A stretch of 63,912 nucleotides of DNA, the filler included, from Parasitella parasitica NRRL 2501 (Eukaryota; Fungi; Mucoromycota), in assembly GCA_025201805.1 (NCBI GenBank). It is 14 parts of 14 records of this genome, joined end to end, with 100 filler letters (N's around TTAATTAATTAA, not from the genome) between each part and the next. Parts side by side here need not be neighbours in the genome. Positions count along the whole stretch, not along the records: positions 1 to 16,987 come from MU619347.1; positions 17,088 to 19,120 come from MU619292.1; positions 19,221 to 29,891 come from MU619398.1; 11 more parts are not named here. One strand, given 5' to 3'. The number at the start of each line of letters is the position of its first letter. The first letter of the stretch is position 1. A program made the position numbers and the translations under genes. Positions 13,406 to 27,100 of the stretch are shown here, piece by piece. Below the pieces are notes generated by a model. That model did not search any database. It worked only from the letters and a program-made list of their open reading frames with translations, and was not told where the DNA came from.

Positions 13406-14363
13406 GTATTCAATAGAATGTCTTGTATAAGAAACCATCTATTTGGGTTCTACTTATTCTAAACTGCGAAGCTCAACTTATCGATGAATGATCCACATTC
13501 ATAACGATTAGCTGATTAAATATAGAAATAGGTCTTGCTCTGACTACTACTGTGTTATAATCTTGTTTGACAATTAAATGTCAAACATGACCTGATTGTA
13601 TTTTATAGATTGATTTAGATAGATTTATTCTAATATAAATAGACAGCTTCTTGTCAATCAATAAATCAATAGTTTTGTATCTGGTAAATTAAGTCTTTAT
13701 TACTTTCTTATATTCTTTATATCACATACAATCACCTGCTGTGCTCAATTTCAAGACCTGGCACAACAAGTTTGACTTGCGGTTGGGAAATTGACACATC
13801 ATCAATAACGACATAATTGTCTGCTAGTAAAACAGCCCCCGAAATAATATAAATAGAGATGTGAAATAACAGCTTATTGCACACTCAATCTACTTTTAAA
13901 ATAATAAAGAAGGATATTAATCATATCTCGCTTTTTTCATACTTTTTTACTATGTTTCGCTGCAGAAGTGCTGTTTCAAGCTTTCTGCAATCTTGCAAAA
14001 AATGTTTTTACAAAAAAAATCGTTTAATTCCTTTGAACATGCAGAAACAAACTTCTGTCAGTAGTTGGCTTGATGCCAGAAAGCAGCGAATCTGTAAGCC
14101 TAAGCACACCAGTAATTTTTACATCTATCAGTATGCACCAACGCAATCGCATGCTTTGTACCTTGCATATACGAAAAGTAATAGCGCTGCATGATCTCAA
14201 AAATTGAAGGATCCTAGTAAGGTTTTAAGACTGGTTAGCCAAGCTTGCACCTCATAAAGTTTACGGCTTGTTGAATCCATCAAGAAAAGTGGCCTTTGTA
14301 AGTAATACCATACCTGATTTTTGATCCAACCTGCAGTACAAGATGTATTAGAGAGTAATAGAT

Positions 14364-14760
14364 TCAAAACCACAGCTTATCAATGCATACTTGAATGTTG
14401 TACCTAAGCTGGTAATTAGCAAGAGCACAGTCAGTCAATGCTGGACCTGGCATTAAAAGACGTAAACTTTCGAACAATGTTCTGGTGAACGCCACCTTCA
14501 ATCGAATTGTTACCCCTGGTATATCTAAAAACAGGGAAGCAAGCCCGTCTATATACATATGGTACTACCATAAGGCACACCAGGTGGATCAAATACATAA
14601 CCTTTTCGGATCGTCTCAAGTACACTTTTTGCGATCTTCTTGCAACTCTTGTCCAATAATATGGTAAATCGGAAATAGCACATTTGGTATCTCCGTATGA
14701 CTTAAACAACGCTTCTACTGTTGGGATTAACTCCTCAGTGTTATATCAATAACATGGCAA
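14364..14760 (-). pseudogene. Fragment of a probable DNA-transposon protein
   Basis: RYTRGNNSIEGGVHQNIVRKFTSFNA...DCALANYQLRYN across frameshifted ORFs resembles the C-terminal catalytic-E region of fungal transposases. Family not assigned. Confidence 0.4.
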
Positions 14761-14784
14761 GGTCTCACATCAGGGTCTCAAATC

Positions 14785-15205
14785 TGTTGGATCAAAAAAG
14801 ATAATAAAAACCAAATCAACGAGATAATACGAAAACTTAAAGATACTTTATTAAAGATCGAAATTGCATCTGCTATTTATACCTTTTACAGCTACATAAA
14901 TTTATGGTAACTTACAGCAGTATTTAGATTACTAATTGACAAGACTAATTCACAGTGACAATATACTTGACAGGGTACGATATGAGGTTATACAACAAGG
15001 GCTACACGTCTTTGATCTGACAGTGCTTTAGTAACCTTTTCCTGGTGCTCAGATATGTGTTACTTACAGAAATAACCTTCTAGATTTGAAACAGAGACTT
15101 TATTCTCCAATTTACAAAAGCGTATCACATCACATCATTGGACAATCTTCAATCTTCAATTGAAGTACATTGCGATGATTTCCTGTCTATAATTATGGCA
15201 GATCA
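14785..15205. repeat. LTR-like repeat family L3 (TGTTGG start)
   Basis: TGTTGGATCAAAAAAGATAATAAAAACCAAA... recurs at about 55890-56090 and 58035-58156, inverted at about 19590-19825, and diverged at about 12150-12600, 29992-30055 and 56790-56853. Confidence 0.7.
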
Positions 15206-16470
15206 GAGTATGTTCTTCCTGTATTTGGATGAATACGAAAATGTCGTCCAAGTAAACCACTATAAATTGATCTAAATAGTCGCGTAATACATCATTGAGA
15301 AAGGCTTGAAACGTGGCAGGGGCAGAGCATAAACCAAAGCTCATGACGGTGTACTCAAAATAGCCATATCAACAAACCCAGGCAGCTTCCCATTCGTCTC
15401 ATGGTTCGATTCGGATGAGATTGTATACTCCAATCATATCTACTGTAAGTTGATAAAATATCTGGCTTGGTTCCACCGGTCGACCGAAATTAATGATAAA
15501 ACAGATGGGGCATCAAGGGTTTAATTCGTTTAAACCACGATAGTCGACTACCATACGTAAATTTCCATCTTTTTTCTTGGCAAAAAGCACAGGAGCACCT
15601 GCTAGAGACCCAGAACGTCGAATAAAACCATTAGCGAGGTTCTCTTCTTGAATGTATAATCATAACGGGTTTGAAGTTCTGTTTGTGACATACTGTAAGT
15701 GGGGCCATACGGTACGACAGCACCTTCAACTAACGGAATCTTGAAATCATAGGGACGATGAGGAGGCAGAGGCAGTTTATTAGCTTCTTCCGTCTAAGAG
15801 AAAACCTTTTCAAGTTCTTGATACTTGGCTGGCAGTCATCTAGATTTGAAAATTCGATCATAGTGCTTAAAGAATGTTTACCATTAGCGAACGCAGGCGG
15901 AAGGTAATATGTACTAAAAGATTCACGCAGTAAACCAGGAGAATGAGCTGAAGGAGTAGTGTCTTTATTCAATCCAAGGATAACTTGTCTAAACAGCTCG
16001 TAAGTGGTTCTATTCATAGGGGGGTGACAACAGGGGAACACATGGAGCTACTACAACTATGGTAACTAAAACTATCTGTTTCCGGGGTAGAAGCAACAAC
16101 AGAGTACATGGGACTACGGACGAACGAATTGATCTGCTTGACTGGTGGACGAATAGGGAAACAAAAAGGTCAACGTTATCACAGTTGATGGTGGTGATTT
16201 TCTTGGCAATGTAATTGTTAATTCCATGCTTCGAGACCTAGTTCATTCCCAGAATGACATCAAATTTGCTACGAGGGACTACGTGGAGATCATGGAATTC
16301 AGAGTGGAAAATGGTGTTGCTCAAACGAATCTTGCTAATGACAATTGTAGTAGAGATGATAGTTTCTCCGTTACCCAAAGTAAACGAGATAGGGTATTTT
16401 CAGGCTTTGCAAGTAGGCCCAGAGACGTAACCAACTGTTCACTAACAATAGAGTGAGAAGCACCAATTTC
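15206..16470 (-). pseudogene. Decayed Ty3/Gypsy protease-RT fragment
   Basis: [34 protein letters not shown], and [21 protein letters not shown] on the minus strand. Multiple frameshifts. Confidence 0.85.
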
Positions 16471-16987
16471 TAGGAGGGCTTGCACGTGCACTGAAACTTT
16501 TGAGGCTGAGGGAGACCAAATGCGATTGGGACAAGGAGCATTCCATCTTTTTCGTGGGGGATTTCTACATGTACATGGTTTTCAGTATCACGAGTTGCCT
16601 TTACCGATGGATATTTGCCAAAATTCTTATAATAACAGTCTCGGCGGAAGACATTCAAGTGGCCAGACCTGACCTTCACTACGGCCGAAGTAGTATTCCC
16701 ATGGGTATAATAATATGCACAAATGGGCATAATAAAAAAAAATGGGCACATTAAGCTGTTCAAATGTGCATAGCAAGATGATCAAGGTTTTTAACGTAAT
16801 TTATCAAAGTAACTAGATTGCAATATAAGCACTGGTTGTGATAGCTTAGGTGATTTAAAGAATATACGAGTTGATTTGGAGTCATGGCGACCTCTCATTG
16901 CCGAGATATATCAATTGTAATTTTATTAAATGGAAGTATTATGCACATGTGCATCTTAATATGGTCTAATGGTGACAGTGATAATTA

Positions 16988-17087
16988 NNNNNNNNNNNNN
17001 NNNNNNNNNNNNNNNNNNNNNNNNNNNNNNNTTAATTAATTAANNNNNNNNNNNNNNNNNNNNNNNNNNNNNNNNNNNNNNNNNNNN
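16988..17087. other. Artificial contig linker (first of 13)
   Basis: N44-TTAATTAATTAA-N44, which gives stops in all six frames. Repeated at 19121, 29892, 31477, 33044, 34351, 48418, 50813, 52920, 58746, 60039, 61434 and 62770. Confidence 0.97.
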
Positions 17088-17089
17088 TT

Positions 17090-19081
17090 GAAGGTGGCGA
17101 TGCCAAGTCTCATAACATTGACGTTTTCTCTATCAAGGAAGAATTCAAGAAGACTGTAACCACTGAACTCTCTGTAGCCAAGATCGAAGTTTATGAAGTT
17201 TCCAAGTCCAATGTTATCACAAAGGTTGAGGTTGGCCAAATTACTGGCAGTTCTGATTCTAAGGTTAATATCATTAACGAAGAGTCTGGATCTATCACTG
17301 TTGTGGCTGGTAAGAACGAAACTAAAGCCGTAAGTGAAAGCGGTTCAACTACTACTGTTGATATCGCCGCAAGTGAGCAAGACACCATTGTCAAGGCTGG
17401 AGGCTCTGCTGTTGGTGTAGTTGTGGGTAGCTCTGATACTAAGGTTGATATTGTCACCAAAGAGGCTGAATCTATCACTGTCATTACTGGTGAAAAGGAA
17501 AATACTACCGTAGCTGATATTGTTGAATCCGGTTCATCTATTGTTGACACTGTCAGTGACAAGATGCATACCGCTAGTAAAACTGAAGGTGTCGTCGTTG
17601 TTGGTTCTGATTCTAAGGTTGATGTCGTTACCAGAGCACCTGGCTCTGTTACTGTTGTAGGCGGTAAAAATACTACCATTGTAACTGATGTTATTGAAAC
17701 TGGCAAGAATGGTGATCTCTCAACTGGTGTTGCTTCAGGTGTAGCTGTAGGTATTACTGCCGGCGTCGTTGCCGGAGCCATCTCCCAACAGAAGCAATCA
17801 TCGTTAGATATTGTCTCCAAGGATTCGAAACCTATTGTTGACACTGTGGAAGATAACAAGACTGCAGTAGTGGTGGAGGGCTCTAGTACCAATATTGACG
17901 TGGTTAGCAAAGAATCAGCTACCATTGTAACTAAAGAAAAGAAAGCTATCACTGTAGCAGATATCATTGAAACGGACTCAACTGTCACTGGGAAAAAGGA
18001 TACCGTTACCAAGGCCAAAAATGCTGTTGTTGATGTTGTAATTGGTGGTTCTGGTTCTCAGATTGATGTTGTTACCAAAGAGGCTGGCTTTGTTACGATT
18101 GTTGGTGAAAGAGAGATTACCACTGTATCAGATGTTGCCACTGGTAAGAAAGATACCTTTACCAAGACTGAAGGTACCGCTATTGATGGTTCCAGTTCCA
18201 AGGTTGATTCTATAACTAAGGGGTCTGCATCTCTGACTGTTATTGCTGGTGAGAAGGAAACTACAGTTGCTGCTGATATCAATGGATCTGGCTCATCTTC
18301 TGCTGACATTGTTGCTGACAAAGTTGCTGATGCCAAGGGGGAGAGTGTAGCTGTGGGCGCCTCTGATTGCAAAGTTGATATCATCACGAAGGATTCCGGA
18401 TCTGCCACTGTTGTTACTGGCGAAAAGGATACCACTATTGTAACCGATGCCGCTGAAAATGGCTCATCTACTATTGATATTGTTGCTGATAAGAAAGATA
18501 AGATTAACAAGACTGAAGATTTCGCTGTTGGTGTAGTTGTAGATAGCTCTGAATCGAAAGTAAATGTTATTACCAAGGAATCTGGATCCGTCAATGTCAT
18601 AGCTGGTAACCAAGAATCCACCATTAAGTCTGGTCCATCTACTGTTGACCATGTCGCTAGTAAAAAGAATACCGAAATTTCTGCTGGTCATATCGTTGTT
18701 ACTGGTTCGGATTCTCACAAGGTCAATGTCATTGCCCAAGAGACAACTAGTGAGAAATCCGCTTCAAATTCCGTGATTTCTCATGATTCCAAGGTAGAGA
18801 CTGTGGTAAAGGATACGGAATCTCTTGAGGTTAGAGATGCTATAGAAGATAAGAAGACTATCAGCAAGACTACTGCCATTGCTGGTGTGGTTGCCGGCAC
18901 TAGTTCCACTGAAGGGTCGTCTTGCAGTAGTGACGAGGCTTCTGTAACTATCATTGAATCCAATACTTCTGGAGGGGTCGTCAATGAACTTGATATTGGC
19001 GTAATCGCTGTTGAACAAGGAAACAGGGCAACTGATGTCAACACTGTTGTAGTCACCAAGGATAGCCATTTGTGTAAGTAG
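17090..19081 (+). CDS. Partial large Val/Thr/Ser/Asp/Gly-rich tandem-repeat protein (internal exon)
   Basis: Frame open from the contig start. Recurring ~60-aa unit GSSDSKVDIVTKESGSITVVAGEKETT...SGSSTIDIVADK. Probable GTAAGT donor near 19074. Confidence 0.8.
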   Translation, partial: EGGDAKSHNIDVFSIKEEFKKTVTTELSVAKIEVYEVSKSNVITKVEVGQITGSSDSKVNIINEESGSITVVAGKNETKAVSESGSTTTVDIAASEQDTIVKAGGSAVGVVVGSSDTKVDIVTKEAESITVITGEKENTTVADIVESGSSIVDTVSDKMHTASKTEGVVVVGSDSKVDVVTRAPGSVTVVGGKNTTIVTDVIETGKNGDLSTGVASGVAVGITAGVVAGAISQQKQSSLDIVSKDSKPIVDTVEDNKTAVVVEGSSTNIDVVSKESATIVTKEKKAITVADIIETDSTVTGKKDTVTKAKNAVVDVVIGGSGSQIDVVTKEAGFVTIVGEREITTVSDVATGKKDTFTKTEGTAIDGSSSKVDSITKGSASLTVIAGEKETTVAADINGSGSSSADIVADKVADAKGESVAVGASDCKVDIITKDSGSATVVTGEKDTTIVTDAAENGSSTIDIVADKKDKINKTEDFAVGVVVDSSESKVNVITKESGSVNVIAGNQESTIKSGPSTVDHVASKKNTEISAGHIVVTGSDSHKVNVIAQETTSEKSASNSVISHDSKVETVVKDTESLEVRDAIEDKKTISKTTAIAGVVAGTSSTEGSSCSSDEASVTIIESNTSGGVVNELDIGVIAVEQGNRATDVNTVVVTKDSHLCK

Positions 19082-19220
19082 ATTAATTTGTGTATTTGTT
19101 GAAATAACCTAATGCTGTCTNNNNNNNNNNNNNNNNNNNNNNNNNNNNNNNNNNNNNNNNNNNNTTAATTAATTAANNNNNNNNNNNNNNNNNNNNNNNN
19201 NNNNNNNNNNNNNNNNNNNN

Positions 19221-19492
19221 GCATATATCGGTATATGTAGCATGTCTATAACATATCATAAGCATATCTATAGCATTGCACATATTGTACAAGTCTGTAG
19301 TACATGATGTATCTGTAGCTAGTATCATGGATATAAGTATATGTCTTGTAGTGCGTATCTAGAAACTGGGAATACGCATCTGAAGCATAGATCTTATATA
19401 GCATAAGCTCGTAGCATATACTAAATCTAGTAAATGTCTAAGGCTTGTGTCGAGATATAAGTATCAGTCTATAGCGTCATCCATCCTAATGG
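19221..19492 (-). repeat. Copy of the repeat at about 2297-2887 lacking the L2 solo LTR (empty site)
   Basis: Reverse complement reads ACCATTAGGATGGATGACGCTATAG versus ACCATTAGGAAGGAT[LTR]AGGATGACGCTATAG. Confidence 0.8.
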
Positions 19493-20344
19493 TTTGAACT
19501 TTTCTGATAAATCAATCTGGATTATATTTCAATGTAATTTTGGTACCATATAATAGGTGCCATTTCATTACAACCAGGATAAAGGTTAAGGGGCTGTCAG
19601 ATCAAAGACGTGAAGCCTTGTTGTATAACCTTACATCGTACCCTGTCAGGTAGATTGTCACTATGAATTAGTCTTGTTGCCAATTAGTAATTTAAATAAG
19701 TCACCCTAAATTTATGCAGTTGTAAAAGGTATAAATAACAGATGCAATTGCGGCCTTAAATAAATTATCAAAAAGTTTTCGCACCTTGTTAATCTCTGGT
19801 CTTTATCTTTTTTGTTTCCAACAGTACTGTTGCCTTTGTAGAGAGGATAACCATAAGCAATGTGATCCCCTCATCAGTAGAATCGTTTGTATAATTGACA
19901 AAATATCCAAGAAGTTTAATCTCTGGTACAACATTATACCAACACTGCTACATTGGCAAACTATATTTTAGTATGGCATTCTCATAACTGATCACTCCAA
20001 TATGTGGTAACTTTGACGCATGTGTAAAATATAACATTCTCATACAAATCGTAAACACCTTTATCCACAAGACATATACTTCTTTTTTTCTTCTTCTTCT
20101 TTACAACAGCAAAATCCTTATTTTCTAGATATAAACGATTCATCACTAATTATCCGTATTAACAGACTTCTTCATATCTGGATAGACGAGATTTTACAAT
20201 ATTAGCATGAACAATATAATCACCAAGTAGGCACGTGATTTTCTGTTTGAACAACTATTACCACCCGATTTTCTTTTCAAAATGCAGGTCAGCCATTAAT
20301 ATCGTGAAGCAAGTTTTCCTTATACATGACACATTACAAGAATA

Positions 20345-21400
20345 ATGGAAGATATTATTGAAATTGACGACGATGTCGACATGTATGACATGCCTCCTTT
20401 GCTGACGAACCAATATAGATCAAGAAAAATCGTAAGAGAGAGAAACCCATGGTTGAAAATGAGAATAACAAATTTCTTCACGTTTTAAACAAGGTCTTTT
20501 GTATAGATATTTCTGATGAAATGAACACGACCTTGAGAGCAACTGGGAATTGTGGCATCAAAGACCCAAACCTATATAATAGGTATGGAATATTTATAAA
20601 TAGCTTATAACAAAACTATATATTTACATTATCTCATAAAAGTTCACGTTTGGAGACAATTCAAAGATTTCTGAAACGCTACGTGGCTATGAACAAACTA
20701 ATTGGGAATGAAGCCGATGAATATGCAATGATACTTTTAACAGACATAGCGATATGGGTAAAATACAGTAATGTATTCAAAGGAAATTTTTTTGTTCTGA
20801 ATTTTTTTTTGGCATTGCTAGTGTGCCGACTTTACTTCAAACATGAGTATATTTCATAACTATATCGATAACATTTCCATTGCCCCACTGAACCACTACT
20901 ATGACTTTGGTTTGTTAATATTTTAGTTTAATGATCTACATTTGCCTGACATCGGTATGCTTTTTAGATGCTCAATCATTAGCAGATACTTTGAATGACA
21001 ATTTAAATGTTCAAAATACCGATTTTTACTATCACACGATAGTCATTTATAGTAGACCAACAGTTGTACCTACAAACATGACGAACAATATATTTCAAGA
21101 TATGAGAAAAAGAAGAAACTTCATGCTAGATGTCTTGTTTTTGCATGACGTATCGGCAGAGTCAGAGGTAATACAGGTTTGTAAAGGCACCTTTGTTCTC
21201 AACCCAAGATAGTATCATTGATATCAAAATCATAGAATGTGTATAATTTCTGGAGTAACTTAGAAGATGAAAGCAGACCTGGGTGGTATTACGAAAGTAA
21301 TTTATTCTCTGGAAAAGATAACATAGCTAAAGCTTTAGCACAGCTAATTGGCCATCCCGCATGTCGAGGGCAGCAAGACCAAATCAGACATTTATTGTAA
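20345..21400 (+). CDS. BABAM1: BRISC/BRCA1-A complex member 1 (MERIT40/BABAM1)-like VWA protein, multi-exon
   Basis: Exon translations VFCIDISDEM, SRLETIQRFLKRYV, EYAMILLTDIAIW, HTIVIYSRP, LDVLFLHD and ALAQLIGHPACRGQQ follow the motif order of the MERIT40 family. GT-AG introns. Confidence 0.7.
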
Positions 21401-22881
21401 ACTATGCATTATGCGATGCTCCTTCAACAGCCTAATTTTGTCTCTATAACTCAACATCTTTTCATATCTTTTTGCTGATTCTTCTGTCGCTTCGTTCAAA
21501 TTCACTCTCAAAAGATTGCAATGCTCGTTCACGCGTTCCATTGCACTTTCTAGTTCTTGATTCTGTGATTTTTTTTCTAGTAATTGGGCCTGACATGACA
21601 TCAATTCCTGCTCTAAACGTGATATTATGTTGCTAGTATCATCTTCCTGCTGATGCTGCTCCTCGAGTTGGTTTCTTTTCACGTCCTCGAGCCCTTGGCT
21701 CAGATCCTTATTGACCTTTTGTAATAAAGCAATTTTTTCTTGCATTTGACTCATTTCCTCAGACGCTTTTGAGACATGTGTCTTTAAAAACTGATCCTTT
21801 TCATCCAGTTGTTGCTGTGCACGATCCAAGTTCTGTTGCAAATTCACAATTTTTCCTTCACGCTCCAACGCAGCTTCTGTTGCAAGTTTTTGTTTCTGAG
21901 CATTATCTCGAAGAAGCAAATCCAGCTGTTCTCTGTTCTGTACCTCAGATTCATGAAGCTCTTGTAAACGATGTATCGTATCACACAGGTCTTTATTATT
22001 TTCTTGTAGATTGTTGTTTTTAACTTGCAAATGGTGCAAGTCATTTTGTGCTTTTTCAAGTTGAATTTTGAATCGTTCTTCTAGTTGTGTATATTTGGTT
22101 TGTTCAGTTTCCATGTCTTTTTGACATTGCGAAATTGATTGATCTTTTTTAAATAACTCTGATTTTAGACCGAGGCAGTCTTGCTCCAACTGGGAAATGC
22201 GATCTTGATTCAATACAGCTACTGTTTGTCCGTTATTAAGGATATTCTGAATATGAGTCAAGCCATCCAGGCTTTTCTTCATTTTAGTGTCGAGTATACA
22301 AAGTTTATCATGTTCATTCTGGTTGTTGTTCTCTAGTTGTAAATAGTTTCTGAGCATAAGTTTGATTTACAAATTGCAAAAGCATGACAAAGATTTAAAT
22401 TGTACAATCGAGAATGTTGCTCTGTACATACTATGTGACTCTCAACGCTAACAACTCCCTGTACCGTTTACAAATAACATTGTACAGTTCACTAACTTTA
22501 AAATGAGACGATGCAAGATTTGAATTGAGAGAGATTAAGGCAAATCAGGGTTAAAAACTTACAGGCGCTTGTTATAATTTATTAAAAATATTGAGCCTTG
22601 AAGGCATTAGCTATGCTTTGTTGTGGTTTAAAATTTTGAGGCCGCCTTTCTTCTAATCACGTTCACTGGGGGGGGGGGAAGGCGGATTGTTGCCATAAAT
22701 AATGACAGTTTGTAAAACTTGAGGAGTTTTTATTGATAAAGGCTAGGAAAGATAAAATGTTGTGTGATTGATTTGGATAAAGAAAAAGCCAACAATGCAA
22801 ATTCCTGTTTTCAGTAACCTTAATATAGATATGGAAGCATCTTGACGTGAATTGGTAATATGCTGTAGAATATTGCCTCAT
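21392..22881 (-). CDS. Coiled-coil protein (last exon 21392-~22357; 5' exons uncertain)
   Basis: 321-codon E/Q/L/K-rich heptad ORF with intron-like sequence upstream. Confidence 0.65.
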
Positions 22882-24169
22882 GCAGCTTCATTTTTTGGTC
22901 ACCAAGTCTGCGCTATCTCTTTTCATTTCAGAAATTAAGGCATAATCTGTAATTTCTAATATTTCCGTGAATATTAAGCGCTGGAAGCCATTGTATATTA
23001 TAGAACAAAGTTTCACATATTTCTGACTATTTTTTTCTAAATTCATCCTGGATCTCATGTTTTATTGTGTTTTCAACTTTTGATGTCAATAGTGGCTGCC
23101 CGTCAAATCGTCTCTCGTATCGGATGGAAAACGCATGCAGTGAGCCCCTGGGATAAACGTTCAAACAGAGCGATGTCATTAAACAAAAAAAAAAACAAAA
23201 AAATTGCAACTCGAATGCTTACTCGGTGTTATTTATTGACAAATAAAATCAAGCAATCAAGATACGATACAGATGTCTTTTGGAAAGTTTTGATATGATC
23301 GAGGTTGAAGAGGCAGGGAAATGTCCATTTTCACGTATATACTGTAGTTTCCTTTCGAAATGGAAGAAGGTTAATCAACGACCTGCGTTGCCTTCTTGTC
23401 CCACCTCCTTAGAAATGACCACGTTTCTACCAAAGTTGACAGCTGATATAATCGGCGGATGAAGAGTGGCAACGCGCTGTGTACGATAAATTTATCAAGC
23501 TACCCTACTACTACCGTCAAGTAGTGCTTTTTTTTTTTTTTTTTTTTTTCGGGAGTTTTTACCGTTTGAAATCGAGTTATTACAAAGAACTTTATCCAAC
23601 AACGAAATGCCATGATGTATTAAGATTATATTTAAGGTTTATAATAAAGAAATTTCGTCTTGATATAAAAGAAGAACGATTGAAAAATAGAGTTTTGAAT
23701 GCTGTTGAATGATTCTATTACATAATATTGAACTGATTCAGCAAGGAATATTCATGGAAAGATGAGATGGCTAGTAATGTACATTTTGCTGACGTGAGTT
23801 GGAAGGATCAACGGGATACGAATTGGATGGATGACAACTTTGGTAGCTTGGCAACATGGCAAGATGAAGCAAAGCTGATTGGCATGGATTGTTGCCATTG
23901 TATAGCGAGCCAAATTACATGCTGATCTGTTTGATTGAATCTTTCTCGACACAACAAATCAACATGAACACTTGTAGCTGTTTAATACAACAACACAATC
24001 TCATGTTGTTTAAAACCCAGTGTTAGTTTTGAAGAGGAGGGTCTCTTTTTTTTTTTTTTTTTTTTTAGTCTTTTTCCTTTTTATTCATAAAAAATACCCT
24101 CATTTAACATCAACAAGACTTGAAAAAGAAAGAAAAAAAATTACATTTTATCTATTATTTGTGACGAAA

Positions 24170-27100
24170 ATGCCACAAAAAGCAACCAATGTTAATCCCA
24201 AAACGAAACAGAACGGTGGATTGCCTGTTTCGATTCATCCAGATGATGCCAAAGACAAAGTATTTACCGCCATACTGAAAGCCTTGATAAAAACGGGCAA
24301 CAAGCCAAGCTCTCCTAAAGAACTTGCCAGCACAATTGTCAAGCACAAATATGCGACTCTCGGGTATGTTGGATAATCGGTGCATGTTGTACGTTAAATT
24401 GACACACATTTTCATTTCTGTAGTGGTGCAACGCCTTTTGCAACTGTATCTTCTCGTATATCCCAGCATTTCAAACGAGCTGCAGAACACAACCCGCCTA
24501 GGGCACCACTGCTGGCCAAACATGTCGACCAAAATTACTCTAGAAAGATAAATTATTCGCTAGTTACTGATGATGTATCCAATGAAGGCGCTGCGACAGA
24601 AACACCTGATGACAATAAAACTGCAGCAAGCACTGCGGAAAAGCACGATGGAGCATCGGATAATGGCGAGGGCTCTTCTACTGTGACCCCAAACAGAATG
24701 ACAGCTGCCAAAAAACTTCGGTCGCGAACCATCATGGAGGAAGATCATAACGAAGCAGCGGAGGGCGAACATGTGCTGAAGAAATTGAAGCATAGCCCAT
24801 CAACACATACTAGCCAACCATCTACAATCAAAGACTATTCGTTTCCTCACTCAGCAGCTGAAATGGAGGAAACTAGCGAAGGAGAGCTTTCGGACTACCA
24901 CGAAGAAATGTTGAAAGGAGATGACACCGAATTAGATACGCCAGTTCATCCTGGACGAAGATCTTCACAAAGGCAATCTACTCGTGGCAAATCAACAGCG
25001 AAGGCTAATAACCCCACCTCAACTACAAATACAAAGACAAACGATACCGACATGACTAATTCAACGATAACCCATTCTACCCCTCCATCACCGCCCACTA
25101 CACAAGAATCTGTACCAATAGATGTGTCTTCGCCAACAGCGTCTGCCACCACTACTACTGCTACTATTGCTACTACTACGACTACGAATACTACGACTAC
25201 TACGACTACTACTAATGCTGCTGCTGCTACGACTGCAGCATCAAAATCACTAGGACCACAACCGCCATCCACTGCAAATCCAGATAATAGCAACAACAAT
25301 AGAAAGCCGTCATTTTCTTTCAGTAGCGGCTTCCCTGGAGACCAAGAATTATGGGCACCATTTAGTTTTGAACATGATTTTGATAATGTATTTTTACAAG
25401 ATGCATCCACCGCCCATCATATTCCTTTCCATATTGCAACGCCCGAGTCTGTCTCAGTGTCTGAGCTGGATGATTATTTTGCTAATACGTCAAACAACTC
25501 GACAACCAAAAATCAACGCAAGAGCTTTTCTTCGGCTATGCTTGGCCCAAATGACAAGTCCTTGCTGCAAAAAGTGCTTTTAGCTAGTGCAGCTAGAGGA
25601 GTGGCGGATAAAATTGACGAGGTGGATGAAGCTAATTCGGAAGAATCTATCGCTGCTGCCAGTGCCGATACGACTGCTGCGTACGCTCAAACTGGAGTCT
25701 CTGATAAAGCCAGTGCTGCAGAATTAACGCCTGAACCACCAACCAAACCCACACAACCTGTCAGTAGCTCGAGTCTAATGGATGTAGATAATGGCGAGGA
25801 TTTTGTCCGTTTTGAAGACGATGAAAAGAAGGATGTGCCAGCAACGACAGCAACGCCGCTGCCTCCTCCCATCAATACCACTCCACCAGCACCGGCCAAG
25901 AAGATGGCAGACATTTTACCCGCTACGCCTACCAACTTATCTGCCGCTGAGATACTAAAGTCGATGAATATCCAGAACCTCAATTTATCAGCGCTGCATC
26001 AAATGACATCGAATATTCCTAGTTTACAGCATCTGTCTCCAACGTTTGATCTAGCGAAAACCATGGCTGCCTACATGCAGTCTCTAGCGAAATCAGCAAA
26101 CGCAAACGCATCCTCTTCTAATTCGCCACATGCTGCGGACCTCAGGACAATTTTAGCCCGATTTCCTGCGTTGGAAGCATTCATAAAAAAGGAGCCGTCA
26201 TCTACACCGCCATTATTATCACCCACTACGTCCAATGCAGCAGCAGCAGCAGCAGCAGCAATCGCCACCAACTCATCCTCGTCTTCGTCATCACCAGCAT
26301 CAGCAACGCCTGCAGATCTTGTCCCGAATCTGGTTAGCGGCACCACCAATCCTTCTACAACACCATCTTTTACTGCTGGCAGTACGGAACCCATTGTGCA
26401 TACATTAACTACCATGAATCCACCCATGTATATGACCCTGATAGATCACATTGCAGTATGTATCGTCGTATTACCAAAGACGGAGAGCACTCCTGAATAT
26501 CGAATCATGCGTCGTGTGGATACTAGCTTTATCAATGGCACCGTTCTTTTGACTGCAGGTGGGATTGAAACAGAAAGTGAACGCAGCATGATTCTCAGTT
26601 TCGAGATGGAGCGAGTGCGGATGCCCAAAAAAAAGAGCCAGCTGTTTGGGACGTGGATTCCGCTTCGTCGTGCACAAGAGCTGGCTGTTACTTGCTCGAT
26701 CCAGCACAAACTAGGCCATTTCCTCGAAGACTCGATCGAATCCTATTTTCCGTCTCCTTTGCCTATCCAGGTAAACACTCGCAAACCTGCCCGCGATAGT
26801 CGCTTGACTGCATTAGCTCTTGCTGCATTGAGATCAGAAACCAAAAATAACAGGTTCATCGTGCCTCCAATTTCCCGCCAATCGTCATCTTCGGGTAGCA
26901 TGGCAGCTGCGCAATTGCAGGAATTGCTACTGACACATCCTCATAAAGCGCTCAAATCCAACGGTATGCTGGGCAACAAACCGCCTTTGCTAGGCCGCTA
27001 TGATGACAATGACGAGCCAATTATACCTGCCAAGATTGCCAATCAACAGCGCAACAACTCTTCTGCCAGCGCCAGTAGCAGAAACAGCAGCGGCATCAGC

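Noticed and set aside
17191-18624. Long antisense ORFs opposite the repeat protein (also 24946-25410 and 27379-27870)
   Set aside because: Shadow frames of low-complexity, codon-biased sense genes.
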